64,000 nt of DNA from the NCBI GenBank assembly GCA_017613275.1, contig JAGAED010000006.1, positions 24,841 to 88,840 on the forward strand. Reading direction: 5' to 3'. The notes beneath the pieces are model-generated. The model ran no database searches. It was not told where the DNA came from and worked only from the letters and a program-made list of their open reading frames with translations. Of this stretch, positions 1-11,800 are shown one piece after another. The translations under genes were made by a program, and so were the position numbers. Position 1 is the stretch's first letter; every line of letters starts with the position of its first letter. Source of the stretch: Clostridia bacterium (GTDB lineage Bacteria; Bacillota; Clostridia; TANB77; CAG-508).

Positions 1-1
1 A

Positions 2-2560
2 AAACGTGTTGACTACTCTGGACGTTCAGTTATCGTAGTTGGACCAGAATTAAAATTATATCAATGCGGACTTCCAAAAGAAATGGCAGTTGAATTGTTC
101 AAACCATTTGTAATGAGAGAATTAGTAGGTAGAGGAATTGCACAAAATATCAAAAACGCAAAAAGAATGGTAGAAAGACTAAGACCAGAAGTATGGGGAA
201 TATTAGAAGATGTTATCAAAGATCATCCAGTAATGTTAAACCGTGCTCCAACACTACACAGACTTGGAATTCAAGCATTTGAACCAGTTCTAGTAGAGGG
301 TAGAGCAATCAAACTTCACCCATTAGTTTGTGAAGCCTTCAATGCCGACTTCGATGGTGACCAAATGGCGGTTCACTTACCATTATCACCAGAAGCACAA
401 GCAGAAGCAAGATATTTAATGCTTGCAACAAACAACTTGTTAAAACCACAAGATGGTAAACCAGTTGCAACACCAAGACTTGACATGATTTTAGGAAGCT
501 ACTATTTAACAATGGTACTAGATGGTGAAAAAGGTGAAGGAATGTACTTCAAAGACCCAGATGAAGCTATAATAGCTTTAGAAAACCACGAAGTATCAAT
601 TCATGCAAAAATATTTGTAAGAATAGAAAAAGAAATAAATGGCGAAATAAAACATGGAAAAATTGAAACAAGTGTAGGAAGAATCATCTTCAACCAAGGA
701 ATTCCACAAGATTTAGGATATATCAATAGAGAAGAAGATCCATTCCAATACGAAATCAACTTCCCAGTTATGAAAAAATCAATGGGAGACTTAATTGAAA
801 GAGTTATTAGAAACCATGGTTTAACAGAATCAGCAGAAGTAATCGACTACATCAAAGCTTTAGGTTACAAATACTCTACAGTTGCAGGTATTACATACTC
901 AATGGACGACGTAAAAGTGCCAGCTAAAAAGAAAGAATTACTTGCAGAAGCTGACCAAAAAATCGAAACAATCCGTAAACAATATGCAAGAGGATTGATA
1001 ACAGATAATGAAAGATATATTGCAACAATCAATGTTTGGGAACAAACAACAAAAGACGTTTCTAAGGCCATGGAAGAAAACTTCGAAGACCTAAACCCAG
1101 TTTATATGATGGTTAAATCAGGTGCCCGTGGTAACATGAACCAATTACGTCAAATCGCAGGTATGCGTGGACTTATGGCAAGTACAACAGGTAAAGCGGT
1201 AGAAATACCAATCAAATCATCATTCGCTGAAGGTCTAGATGCCCTAGAATACTTCATTTCAACACACGGTGCTAGAAAGGGTCTATCAGATACAGCCCTA
1301 AGAACAGCCGATTCAGGATACCTAACAAGAAGACTTGTTGACGTATCACAAGATATCATCGTTAGAGAATATGATTGTGGAACAGACGACGGAATCGTAA
1401 TCTACGATATAAAAGACGGAAACCAAATAATCGAAAAAATGCATGAAAGACTAATCGGAAGATTCTCAGTTGAAGATGTAGTTAATCCAACAACTGGTGA
1501 ATTAATTGTGGATAAAGACACAATGATTAACGATGAAATTGCAGATAAAATCATAGAATCTGGAATCGAAAAATTAAAAGTTCGTTCAGCATTAGGATGT
1601 AGAACAAAACACGGTGTATGTCAAAAATGTTATGGTATGGGCTTAGCAAGAAGAAGCCTAGTATCAATAGGAGAAGCAGTCGGAATAATTGCAGCTCAAT
1701 CAATAGGAGAGCCAGGTACACAGCTAACAATGAGAACTATCCACTCTGGTGGTGTTGCTGGTGTAGCAGATATCACACAAGGTCTTCCTAGAGTTGAAGA
1801 ATTATTCGAAGCTAGAAAACCAAAGGGATTAGCAATAATTTCAGAAATAGCAGGAAAAGTAAAAATCAAAGAAACAAAGAAAAAGAAAGAAGTTGTTGTT
1901 ACATCAAATGACGATTCTAGATCATATACAATACCATTCGGTTCAAAAATGAAAGTAAAAAACGGAGACATGGTAGAAGCCGGAGATCCATTAATCGAAG
2001 GTTCAATCAATCCAAACGACATCCTTGAAATCAAAGGAGCCGAAGGAGTTTACGAATACTTAATCTCAGAAGTACAAAAAGTATATAGAAACCAAGGTGT
2101 TGATATAAACGATAAACACATCGAAGTAATTGGTAGACAAATGCTTAAGAAAGTAAAAGTTGGAGACAACGGAGACACAACATTACCAGCTGGTTCATTA
2201 GTAGATATGTACGACTTCGAAGAAGCAAATCAAAAAGCCGAAGAATTAGGTGTAAGAAAAGCAGAAGGAAAACGTGTACTACTAGGAATAACAAAAGCAT
2301 CACTTGCAACAGATAGCTTCCTATCTGCAGCATCATTCCAAGAAACAACAAGAGTACTTACAGATGCAGCAATAAAAGGAAAAGAAGACGACCTACTAGG
2401 ATTAAAAGAAAACGTAATAATCGGTAAATTAATCCCAGCCGGAACAGGTATGCAAGTATACCAAAACACAAAAATAGACACAGAAAAAGAAGAGGAAGAA
2501 ACAGTTGAAACAGAAGAAATAGCAGAAGCTACAGAAACTGTAGAAACAGTTGAAGAATAA
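2..2560 (+). CDS. rpoC: DNA-directed RNA polymerase subunit beta' (C-terminal ~850 aa; 5' end lies upstream of window)
   Basis: Frame open from nt 2 ([28 protein letters not shown]...); catalytic NADFDGDQM motif; collinear with RpoC to an acidic tail; TAA at 2558. Confidence 0.97.
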   Translation, partial: KRVDYSGRSVIVVGPELKLYQCGLPKEMAVELFKPFVMRELVGRGIAQNIKNAKRMVERLRPEVWGILEDVIKDHPVMLNRAPTLHRLGIQAFEPVLVEGRAIKLHPLVCEAFNADFDGDQMAVHLPLSPEAQAEARYLMLATNNLLKPQDGKPVATPRLDMILGSYYLTMVLDGEKGEGMYFKDPDEAIIALENHEVSIHAKIFVRIEKEINGEIKHGKIETSVGRIIFNQGIPQDLGYINREEDPFQYEINFPVMKKSMGDLIERVIRNHGLTESAEVIDYIKALGYKYSTVAGITYSMDDVKVPAKKKELLAEADQKIETIRKQYARGLITDNERYIATINVWEQTTKDVSKAMEENFEDLNPVYMMVKSGARGNMNQLRQIAGMRGLMASTTGKAVEIPIKSSFAEGLDALEYFISTHGARKGLSDTALRTADSGYLTRRLVDVSQDIIVREYDCGTDDGIVIYDIKDGNQIIEKMHERLIGRFSVEDVVNPTTGELIVDKDTMINDEIADKIIESGIEKLKVRSALGCRTKHGVCQKCYGMGLARRSLVSIGEAVGIIAAQSIGEPGTQLTMRTIHSGGVAGVADITQGLPRVEELFEARKPKGLAIISEIAGKVKIKETKKKKEVVVTSNDDSRSYTIPFGSKMKVKNGDMVEAGDPLIEGSINPNDILEIKGAEGVYEYLISEVQKVYRNQGVDINDKHIEVIGRQMLKKVKVGDNGDTTLPAGSLVDMYDFEEANQKAEELGVRKAEGKRVLLGITKASLATDSFLSAASFQETTRVLTDAAIKGKEDDLLGLKENVIIGKLIPAGTGMQVYQNTKIDTEKEEEETVETEEIAEATETVETVEE

Positions 2561-2574
2561 AAGAAAATAAAAAA

Positions 2575-2612
2575 GCTACGCAAGCACGACTTGCGTGGCT
2601 TTTTTATTTTTT
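2575..2612 (+). terminator. Rho-independent terminator of rpoC
   Basis: GCTACGCAAG / CTTGCGTGGC stem with 5-nt loop, followed by TTTTTTATTTTTT. Confidence 0.85.
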
Positions 2613-2648
2613 AAAACCTAGTTTTTTGGGAGTGTCCCAAAAAGTCTG
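2613..2648 (-). repeat. PAL palindrome family, inverted degenerate copy (AAAACCTAGTTTTTTGGGAGTGTCCCAAAAAGTCTG)
   Basis: Left arm and loop (AGTGT, the reverse complement of ACACT) match the window-wide palindrome; right arm diverged. Confidence 0.7.
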
Positions 2649-2750
2649 TTACACAAATGTAAAATAAAAATAATGATATTGCAAAAAACGACAAAAAATA
2701 GCTTCCCTAGTGAGTTAGAAGGCGCTACCAAAACGTGGCAAAAAGTGGTA

Positions 2751-2779
2751 TTGAAATTATATATATAAGTAAGTAAAAT
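2751..2779 (+). promoter_or_regulatory. Putative sigmaA-type promoter of giant protein gene 1 (TTGAAA-17-TAAAAT)
   Basis: Hexamers at 2751-2756 and 2774-2779 with 17-nt spacer containing (TA)5; about 55 nt upstream of the RBS/ATG. Confidence 0.45.
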
Positions 2780-2835
2780 AATTCTTGAATTATACTTTAA
2801 TAAAAAGCGAAAATTATACAAAGGAGAGGCTGGTT

Positions 2836-5800
2836 ATGAAATTGCCATTTAAACCAAAGTATTTGAATTTTAGGAAAGGAAGCGAAAAAGGTAGTGTTAC
2901 TTTATTCGTTCTTATTGCGATGCTATTTTTCCTTATGATTGGAATGATGATTTTTATTATCAACATGAATGCTGAAACAGCGCAAAAGAGAGATGTTGAG
3001 AAGATCAAAAGTGAATACAGCGCAAATACGAACGAAACTGACCTAGAGCAAATGTACCAAGAGGCTAAACAACGTCAAATGGGCACATTTTTTATCAAGT
3101 TGATTGATAAGTTTGGTGTAATCTATAACAGTGGTGAGTGGGTTAACGAAACATGGCTAAATAGTGAAAACTATAGATTGCCATTAACAGTTGAGCCAAG
3201 TTTCCCTGCGGGTCTTACAAACATTGATGTAACAGTAAGAGACGACATAAACGGTGGAAATGTTGTTATAAAAGACACAAACACTATCAAGCAAATGGCA
3301 ATTGGTACAAAAAGTACTACAACAGACCTACTTGTAGATGAAGGTCAATATACAATTACAAACAATATTGACTCAACAAATGAAATCAAGGTTAAAATAG
3401 ATGTTACAAAACCAGTTGTAAATACTATAAGTGGCGGAGAAGTATGGATAGTGCCAGATGGAACTGACACAACACTAGATGTTTCTATTACTGCAACTGA
3501 CCCAGCAGTCGCAAACGGAAAAGCTGGAAGTGGTATGGAAGGCGGAAAAATCGAATACGCTATTGGCACAACTGCACCAGATGGCAACACAACATGGTCA
3601 ACATATACAGGAGCAATAAAAGTTGAAAGTTCTTTGGGAGAAGGAGATTATTATATATATGCTAGAGCAACAGACTTAGCAGGAAATATTTCAGAAATAG
3701 CAACATCAGGAGTAATACAAGTTAGAACAGCAAACTACAAAATCACAACAGGAACAGATACAAGATATTCTGAAACTTTAGCTGATGCAATTTATAGAGC
3801 AAACCAAGCAAGCACAACAACAGAATCTACAATACAAGTATTGAGAGCAGTAAATGACAACTCAGAAGCAACAATTGACAAAACGATAACATTAGACACA
3901 AATGGAAAAACAGTAACAATGGCTAATACAATAACAGTGGCAAAAAACAAAACAGCAACATTTGTAGATACAGCAACAACAAAAGGTAAATTACAAAGAA
4001 CAACAGGAAAATTGATTACAAATAATGGTACTGTAACAGTAAATGGTGCAACAGTAGAATCAACTGATATGGTAATACATGGTGGAACAGTAAATGTTTC
4101 TTCAGGTATAGTAAATAATTCTGAAACAGAAACTAATGCAACTTCTAGAGCAATTCAAGCAACTAATGTTAATATAAGTGGAGGAACAGTATCATGTAGT
4201 GCTAGTCATAGTATTGTATCTACAGGTTTAATTACAATAACAGGTGGAACAGTTTCATCTAGAAATGGTATAGCACCACTAAATGGAACCTTAACAGTAA
4301 GTGGGGGTACAGTAAATGGAACAAACCAAGCAATATATTTTAATAGTGCTCAAAGTCCAAGTATAAATATATCTGGAGGAATAATAACTGGTGGAGACTG
4401 TGGAATAGCAGGATCTGTGACTACGACTGGAACAACAGGAAGGGCTAATATAACAATAACAGGTGGAACTGTGACAGGTGCTACTGATGGTATTAAAATA
4501 GGATGCCCAAATACGACATTAACAATAGGCGAAAGCACAAACGCTCTAAATAAAGAAACACCAGTAATCACTGGTACAAATGGATATTCAGTAAATATAG
4601 AAAGTGCAACATCAACATTCAACTTCTACGATGGTAAATTAATTGGTGGAACAAAAGCATTAGCATCTGAAGAAAAAAGAACATTCTTTGGAAGAGAAAT
4701 GTCATTTAACTTAGCAAATGACACAACAGCAAATTTCTATACAGAAACAGAAGGCAATGCAACAAGAAGATACTTACCATACACAAGAGAAAATGACCAA
4801 ACACACAAATTCGAAACAGTATTAGAAAAAGAAGTAAAAGTTACATTTGACAAAAATGCAGAAGACGCAACATGCACAGAAACAGAAAGAAACGTATTAA
4901 CAAATGTAGAATATAAAGAATTGGCAGGAACAGCACAAAACGATACAAGCGTAACATACTCAAACCTACCAAGACAAACAGGTTTAGAAAATGAAACAGA
5001 CAGCAAAATCGATAGAACAGGTTATACATTCAAGGGATGGCAAACAGTAGAAAATTTAATTCCAGATAGTGTTGATGATTGGGAACAAGGAGCAGTAAAT
5101 ATTGCTGGGGAACTTAGTAATAGTAGTACAAGAATAAGATTAAAGAATTATTTAAAAATAGCACCAAATACAAAATATACAATAACTACAGATAATTCGC
5201 AACAACTAGGAGTGAGAATGATATGTTTGTATGATAAGAATCTTAATTATCAATCAAATGCACAAGATTTACATGGAGCTAAAAATATTTCATTTACGTC
5301 AGGCTCAAATAGTGCATATATATTGGTAGCGTTAATGAACAATAATGGTACTGAAAATGGCGGAGATATATCAGTAAATGATATTCAAAATTCAGGTATA
5401 TACATGACAGCAGAAGTTACAGACACTACAAAAGTAACACAAGACACAGACCACACACTAAAAGCAATATGGGAAGCAAACAAATACACAGTACACTTCG
5501 ATGGAGATGGTGCAACAGGTGGAACAATGGCAGACCAAGAATTTGAATATGACGAAGAAAAAGCTTTAACACAAAATGCGTTCACAAGAGAACATACAGT
5601 AACTTATGATGGAAATGAAGGAACTGCATCAAAAGCAAATGATACAGCAACATACACATTTACAAACTGGGGAAATAAAGATATATTGGGATATGACCTA
5701 GATATGTCAGTTGGTAATGTTAGACAAGATAATATTATAGGGAATGAAAATGGATACAAAACATTAACAAATACAACTGGAAGCAATACACAAAAAGATT

Positions 5801-8800
5801 TTGCAAGATGGACAATACTACCAACATTTAATCCTGGTGATAAATATAAAGTAACATTCTATGCAAAAGGAACAAGAGGAGCATTAGGAGCGGATTTAGG
5901 AATATTCTTTTATGGAGCTACAGATTATTTGCAATGTACTAAAGTAGAATGTTCTAATGGCGCAGGTAATACAAGAGCAGATGGATATATGGGGCTATTA
6001 TTAACAGATAAATGGACAAAATATACAGTAACATGGACACTTGGTTCAAATGGAGATGGAAACGTAAATAAATATTTAATGTTTAGAGTTTATTCTGAAG
6101 CAAATGCTTCAATCTATGGCGTACGTTTCGAAAAACTAGAAAACGAAGAACATGCTGATCAAGAAGTAGTAAGTAACCTTACATCAGATCCAAATGGAAC
6201 AGTAACACTATACGCAGTATGGACACCACATGAAGTTACATTACCAAGTGCAACAAGAGAAGGATACATCTTTAATGGTTGGTATGACGCAACAACAGGT
6301 GGAAACAAAATTGGTAATGCAGGAGATAAATATATTCCAGAAGCAAACATAACACTTCATGCACAATGGAGACAAGTACACTACACAGTTTCAGTAGGAG
6401 AAGAAACTCTTCCAGCTGAAACTTTAGCAGAAGCGGTTGGACTTGCAGAAGAGAGAATAACAGGTTCAGTAACAACTGCAACAATTACTGCATTGATGAA
6501 TTATACAGATAATTCAACTGCGACAATAAGTAAAAATATTACAATAGACACAAATGGTCATGAAATAACAATGGCTAATACAATAACAGTAGCTGCAAAT
6601 ACAACAGCAACATTTGTAGATACAGCAACAACAAAAGGAAAATTAATAAGAACAGCAGGCAAATTGATTACAAATAGTGGTACAGTAAAAATAGGAACAA
6701 ACAATACAGATGGTACCGATATGGATTCTGTTGATAGAGTTGTTTCTGGAGGAGATGTTGAAGTAAATTCCGGAATATTAAATCTTACAGGGGCCGGAGA
6801 ATTAGATACTAATTTTGCAGTTATAAGTGCTGTTAATATAACTGTTAATGGCGGACAGATTATAAATGATTATATGCATTATGGATTATTAACATATGCT
6901 CAAGCTTCAGTAATAGATTTAAATGGTGGAATGATTAGAGCACAAGGTTGTGGCATAAATAGTTATGCAACATTAAATATGAGTGGAACAACTCAAATAA
7001 ACGGTGAAACAGGTATTATAACATATAATAATAATACAACATTTAATATTACAGGTGGAACAATAAATGCTTCAAATAATGGAATTTATAATTCTAAAAA
7101 TGGAACAATAAATGTAAGCGGTGGAACAATAACTGGAGGAACACATGGAATTTACAATGCTGCAAATGGTACTATAAATGTAAGTGGAGCAACTACTTCA
7201 ATTACAGGAACAAGTAGTCAAGGTATTAGGGGATATACAGGTAATGTAACTATATCAGGTGGTACAATACATGGAAATACTCATGGTATTTCTGTAAATG
7301 CAGATACTTTAAATTCAGGTTCAATTCTTATGACTGGTGGAACAGTTGAAAGTGCTTATTATGGTTTATTAGCAGCTGGTAATTCAACTATTACAATGGG
7401 CGCTAATGATGGAACAGTAAGTAAAGAAACACCAGAAGTAATATCTAATGCAACATCAGGAGATTACAATGGTGTATATAGAAATACTACTGCAACATTT
7501 AATTTCTACGATGGTAAAGTTACATGTTATACAGAACATTCTTTAAATGCTGCTGAAACAAGCAAGCCAGATGGTTACCAAGTTGTTAAGAGAACAGCAG
7601 ACGGCAGAGAAACTGCAGTTCTTGAAAAAGAATTAACAGTAACATTTGAACCAAACCCAGGAAACACAACAGGTGCAACAGTAAACCCTACAAGCAAAAC
7701 AGTATTAACAAATACTGCTTATGGGGAATTACCAACACCAACAAAAACGGGTTACTCATTCAAAGAATGGCAAACAGCCGATAATTTAATATCAACAAAT
7801 CCAAATGATTGGCAACAAGGTGCTATTAATGATGCAGCAGGAATAAATGGTTCAGATTTATCTACAAGAATTAGGACAAAAGATTATATAAGAGTATCTC
7901 CTAATACAAAGTATAGATTAAGTGTAAATAATTCAAATAATATAGTGATTAGATTGGTATGGTTTTATGATAACGATAAAGCATTTATTAGTACAAATGG
8001 AAATGAATATTATGTGGATGCTTTTGAATTTACAACACCAAGTAATTGTCATTATATTAGAACGGTATTACAATATGGTTATGCTGGAACAACTGACATT
8101 ACCCCAAGCAATGTTACAGATGCAAATATTCACTTAACAGAAACAGTAACTGATTCAACGTTGGTAACACAAGAAAGCAATCATACATTAAATGCAATTT
8201 GGGAAGCAAACCCATACACTGTTACAGCAGATGCAAATGGTGGTTCAATTACTGCAACAAATAATTGGACAGGTAATGTAGGAGATACAACAGCAACAAA
8301 ATCAGTAACATTCGATACAGCTTACGGAACATTACCAGAAGTATCAAGAACAGGTTATACATTTGATAAATGGACAGGAAAGAACTTGTTGAATTTACAA
8401 GTTCCTGAAAGTACACCAAGTGATACAACAAAAAATAATACAACTGCAAGAAAATTTGAATTTAACACGTATATTAAGGGAATAGCTTATAACAACTATT
8501 ATGTTAATGATAATGTTGGAAGTGTAACGATAAATCAAAATAGTATAAAAGTAAATGCTAAAAATGGATATGGAGCAGGATATGCTTTAAAGGTAAATAA
8601 AAATACAAATTATGTATTGTCATATGATGCAGATGGTGCTAACTCTGTTACATCAATAATTTATTATAATGAAAATGGTGAAATGATAAGTTATGAAAGA
8701 ACGAATGGAAATGGAACTAAAAATGTTCAGTTTACAACTCCAAATGATATTTATTATTTAGTTGTAGTATTTTCTGTTGAAAAAGGTGAATTTACTGAAT

Positions 8801-11800
8801 ATACATTTTCAAACATAATGTTAGAAGAAGGCTCTACTGCTACCTCATACGAACCATACAAAACAATTACAGCAGAAAGCTTATTATCAACAGACTGCGA
8901 CCATAAAATTTATGCACAATGGACACCAATAACATACAATATTACATACAACATGAATGGAGGAACAAACAATGCATCTAATCCTTCGACATACACAATT
9001 GAAACACCAACATTCAATTTACAGACACCAACAAGAGATAATTTTACATTCTTTGGATGGGAAGTAAATGAGGGGACAAGTGTATTAGGAAGTATTTTAA
9101 GTCAGACTCCAACAGTAACAATAAATAATGGTACATATACATTTACAAACGCAACAGAGGATAATAGATATACTAATACGAAACTACAACTATACAGTTC
9201 AACACAAAGTATAATTCTCCAATTAAAACAAAATAGCAATTTAGAAAAGGTTTATGGAATATATGACCACAAATTAGAAAGTGGAGTATACAGGCTAAAA
9301 TTTGCTGCAAATGGTTCAAGAAGTGATGGTTATGTATTTTATAATGTTAATTTAGAACAAGGCAAAAAATACTATTATCAATGGGAAAATACAAAAGCGA
9401 CTGATCAAGAATATGTGGTTAATAACTTTAAATTCGTAGAAGCAACTGGAAACACTTCAGTATCAATTCCTCAAGGAAGTTATGGAGATAAAGAATTTAC
9501 AGCATATTGGTATGCAAATCAATATACATATAGAGAATACACAGCAACATTTGATGTGAATGGTGGTAATGAATTGCCTGAAGCAGATAGAACAAGAACA
9601 TTACAATATGCAACACCATTAGGCGAATTACCAACTACAACCAAAACTGGTTATGACCTAGCAGGATGGTTTACTGCGGCAACAGGTGGAACAGAAATAA
9701 CAGCTGAAACAAAGATGGGGGCAGCTAATGTTACATACTATGCACATTGGACAGCTAAACAATACACAGTTTCATTCGATGCCAATACTGGTACAGGAGG
9801 ACAAAGCGAAGCGGTTACAGCAACTTATGACAGTGCAATGCCAGCAATTAGCACAACAGCACCAACTAAGAGAGGTTATACATTCATGGGATGGTATGAC
9901 AACGCAGACTATACACAAGGTACACAATACTACACAGCAGAAGGTGAAAGTACTAGAACCTGGGATAAAACTGCAGACACAACATTGTATGCAGGATGGC
10001 AAATTAATCAATATACTTTAACAGTTGATCCAAATGGAGGTACATGGAATGGTCAAACAACTGCAACAACTGTTACACAAAACTATGGTACAACTTACAA
10101 TGTAGCAAACAATGCTACAAAAGAAGGCTACGTATTTGGTGGATGGCAGTTAGTTGATGGAAATGGAAATAGACAAAATATAGATCCAAACGATTCAAAT
10201 ATTAAGTATTTTGATGATTCAAACGGTTCTACGCAATTATTGAAACAATACATAATAAATGAAACAAGTACACAGAAACCTGGAGTGTACAATAACAATT
10301 TAAACGGAGCAGTTACTTTTAATAAAATTTCTGATGCTACATCTCCAACAGGATATTCATTAGAAATAAAGACAGATGGAACAGCAAGTCCATCTGCTGG
10401 AGGATTTGTAAATGCTAATAATTCTATAGCTGGAACATTTTATTATCATAAAATAATTGCAAAGGTTCCAAAAGGATATACATTAAATATAGCATCTAAT
10501 ACGACGGGCGTGGGATATGGCAATTATTGGTTAACAAGTAATACTGGAACTGGAGAATGGAGAACATATATTTACGTCCAATACACAGGATATAATAAAC
10601 CATTTAGTTCTTTGGGACATGTATATTTATTTGGAACAAATAATAAAAGTGTAACTTGGTGGTTACAAGAAAGTTCAGTTTATAAAATTGCGAATAATCT
10701 AACCGAATTACAAGCAACAAATGTAGATTATACGTTTACAGATAGTAATCAAAAATTAATAGCTGTGTGGAGGGCATCTGGTTCAAGATTAACATTTGAT
10801 ATACAAGGTGGAACTTATGGTAATGGAACAATTGGAACAGAGTGGACTTCAAAAAGTAAAGATTATAGATATGATACAGCATATCCAAACGCACACGAAG
10901 TTCCATATTATACAAGTGATTCAGACTTTGCAATATACAAAACTGGATACACACTTGATGGTTGGTACACTGAACCAAATGGTCAAGGAACAAAATTATT
11001 TGATGCAAATGGTAGATTAATACCAAACGTATCAGGCTATACAGATGCAAACAGAACATGGAAATATTATGCAAGCAGCTTCACAATTTATGCAAATTGG
11101 GTAGCAAATAATTATACAGTTCAAGCAAACCTAAATGGAGGAACGATTTCTTCAGCAGAAGGTTGGGATTTAACTGGAGAAAAACCAGAAAAAACTGTAA
11201 CTTACGATAGTGCTTATGGCACATTGCCAAGTGTATCAAGAACAGGATATACATTTAAAGGATGGAGTTTATTACCAGCTGGTTATGAACAAGTTGAATA
11301 TATTAATTTTAACGGCTCACAATATATTGATACTGCTGTATTAACAAAACAAAGTTTAATAGTTGAAGCAGAATTTTCTACAACAACTAAATCGAAAACA
11401 TTCTTTGGTGGAAGAACATCAACGGGAGCAAACTCTCTTGTATTTGGATATTTTGATAATAATAGTTCATATGTAGGATTTGGTAAAGATACAACCATCT
11501 ACTCTACAACAATAAATCCAATAGATGGAAACAAGCATAAAGTTATACTTAGCAACGACATTTATCAAATAGATGGAACAGACCAAACAATTAATAATAG
11601 GTCAACATTAACTCAATTTAATAACATCTATTTAGGAACATGGAATAATAATGGTTCAGCAGATAGCAGAATGTATATTGGAAAAATATATAGCTTTATT
11701 GTTTATGATGGACCAGAAATAGTTAGATTTATGATTCCATGTGTGAATAAATCAACTGGAAAAGCAGGATTTTATGATTTAGCAAATGGAGTATTCTATG

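Noticed and set aside
2785-2835. ORF-track N-terminal extensions of several genes: 2785-2835, 13768-13854, 24670-24711, 47206-47265, 54331-54489, and smaller ones at 16345, 33957, 37020, 40019, 45753, 52525 and 61498
   Set aside because: The extensions lack a ribosome-binding site. They run through promoters, PAL repeats or leaders and encode implausible peptides. In each case a downstream in-frame ATG, GTG or TTG has a well-spaced AGGAG-type SD, and the protein then begins at the conserved N-terminus or signal anchor.
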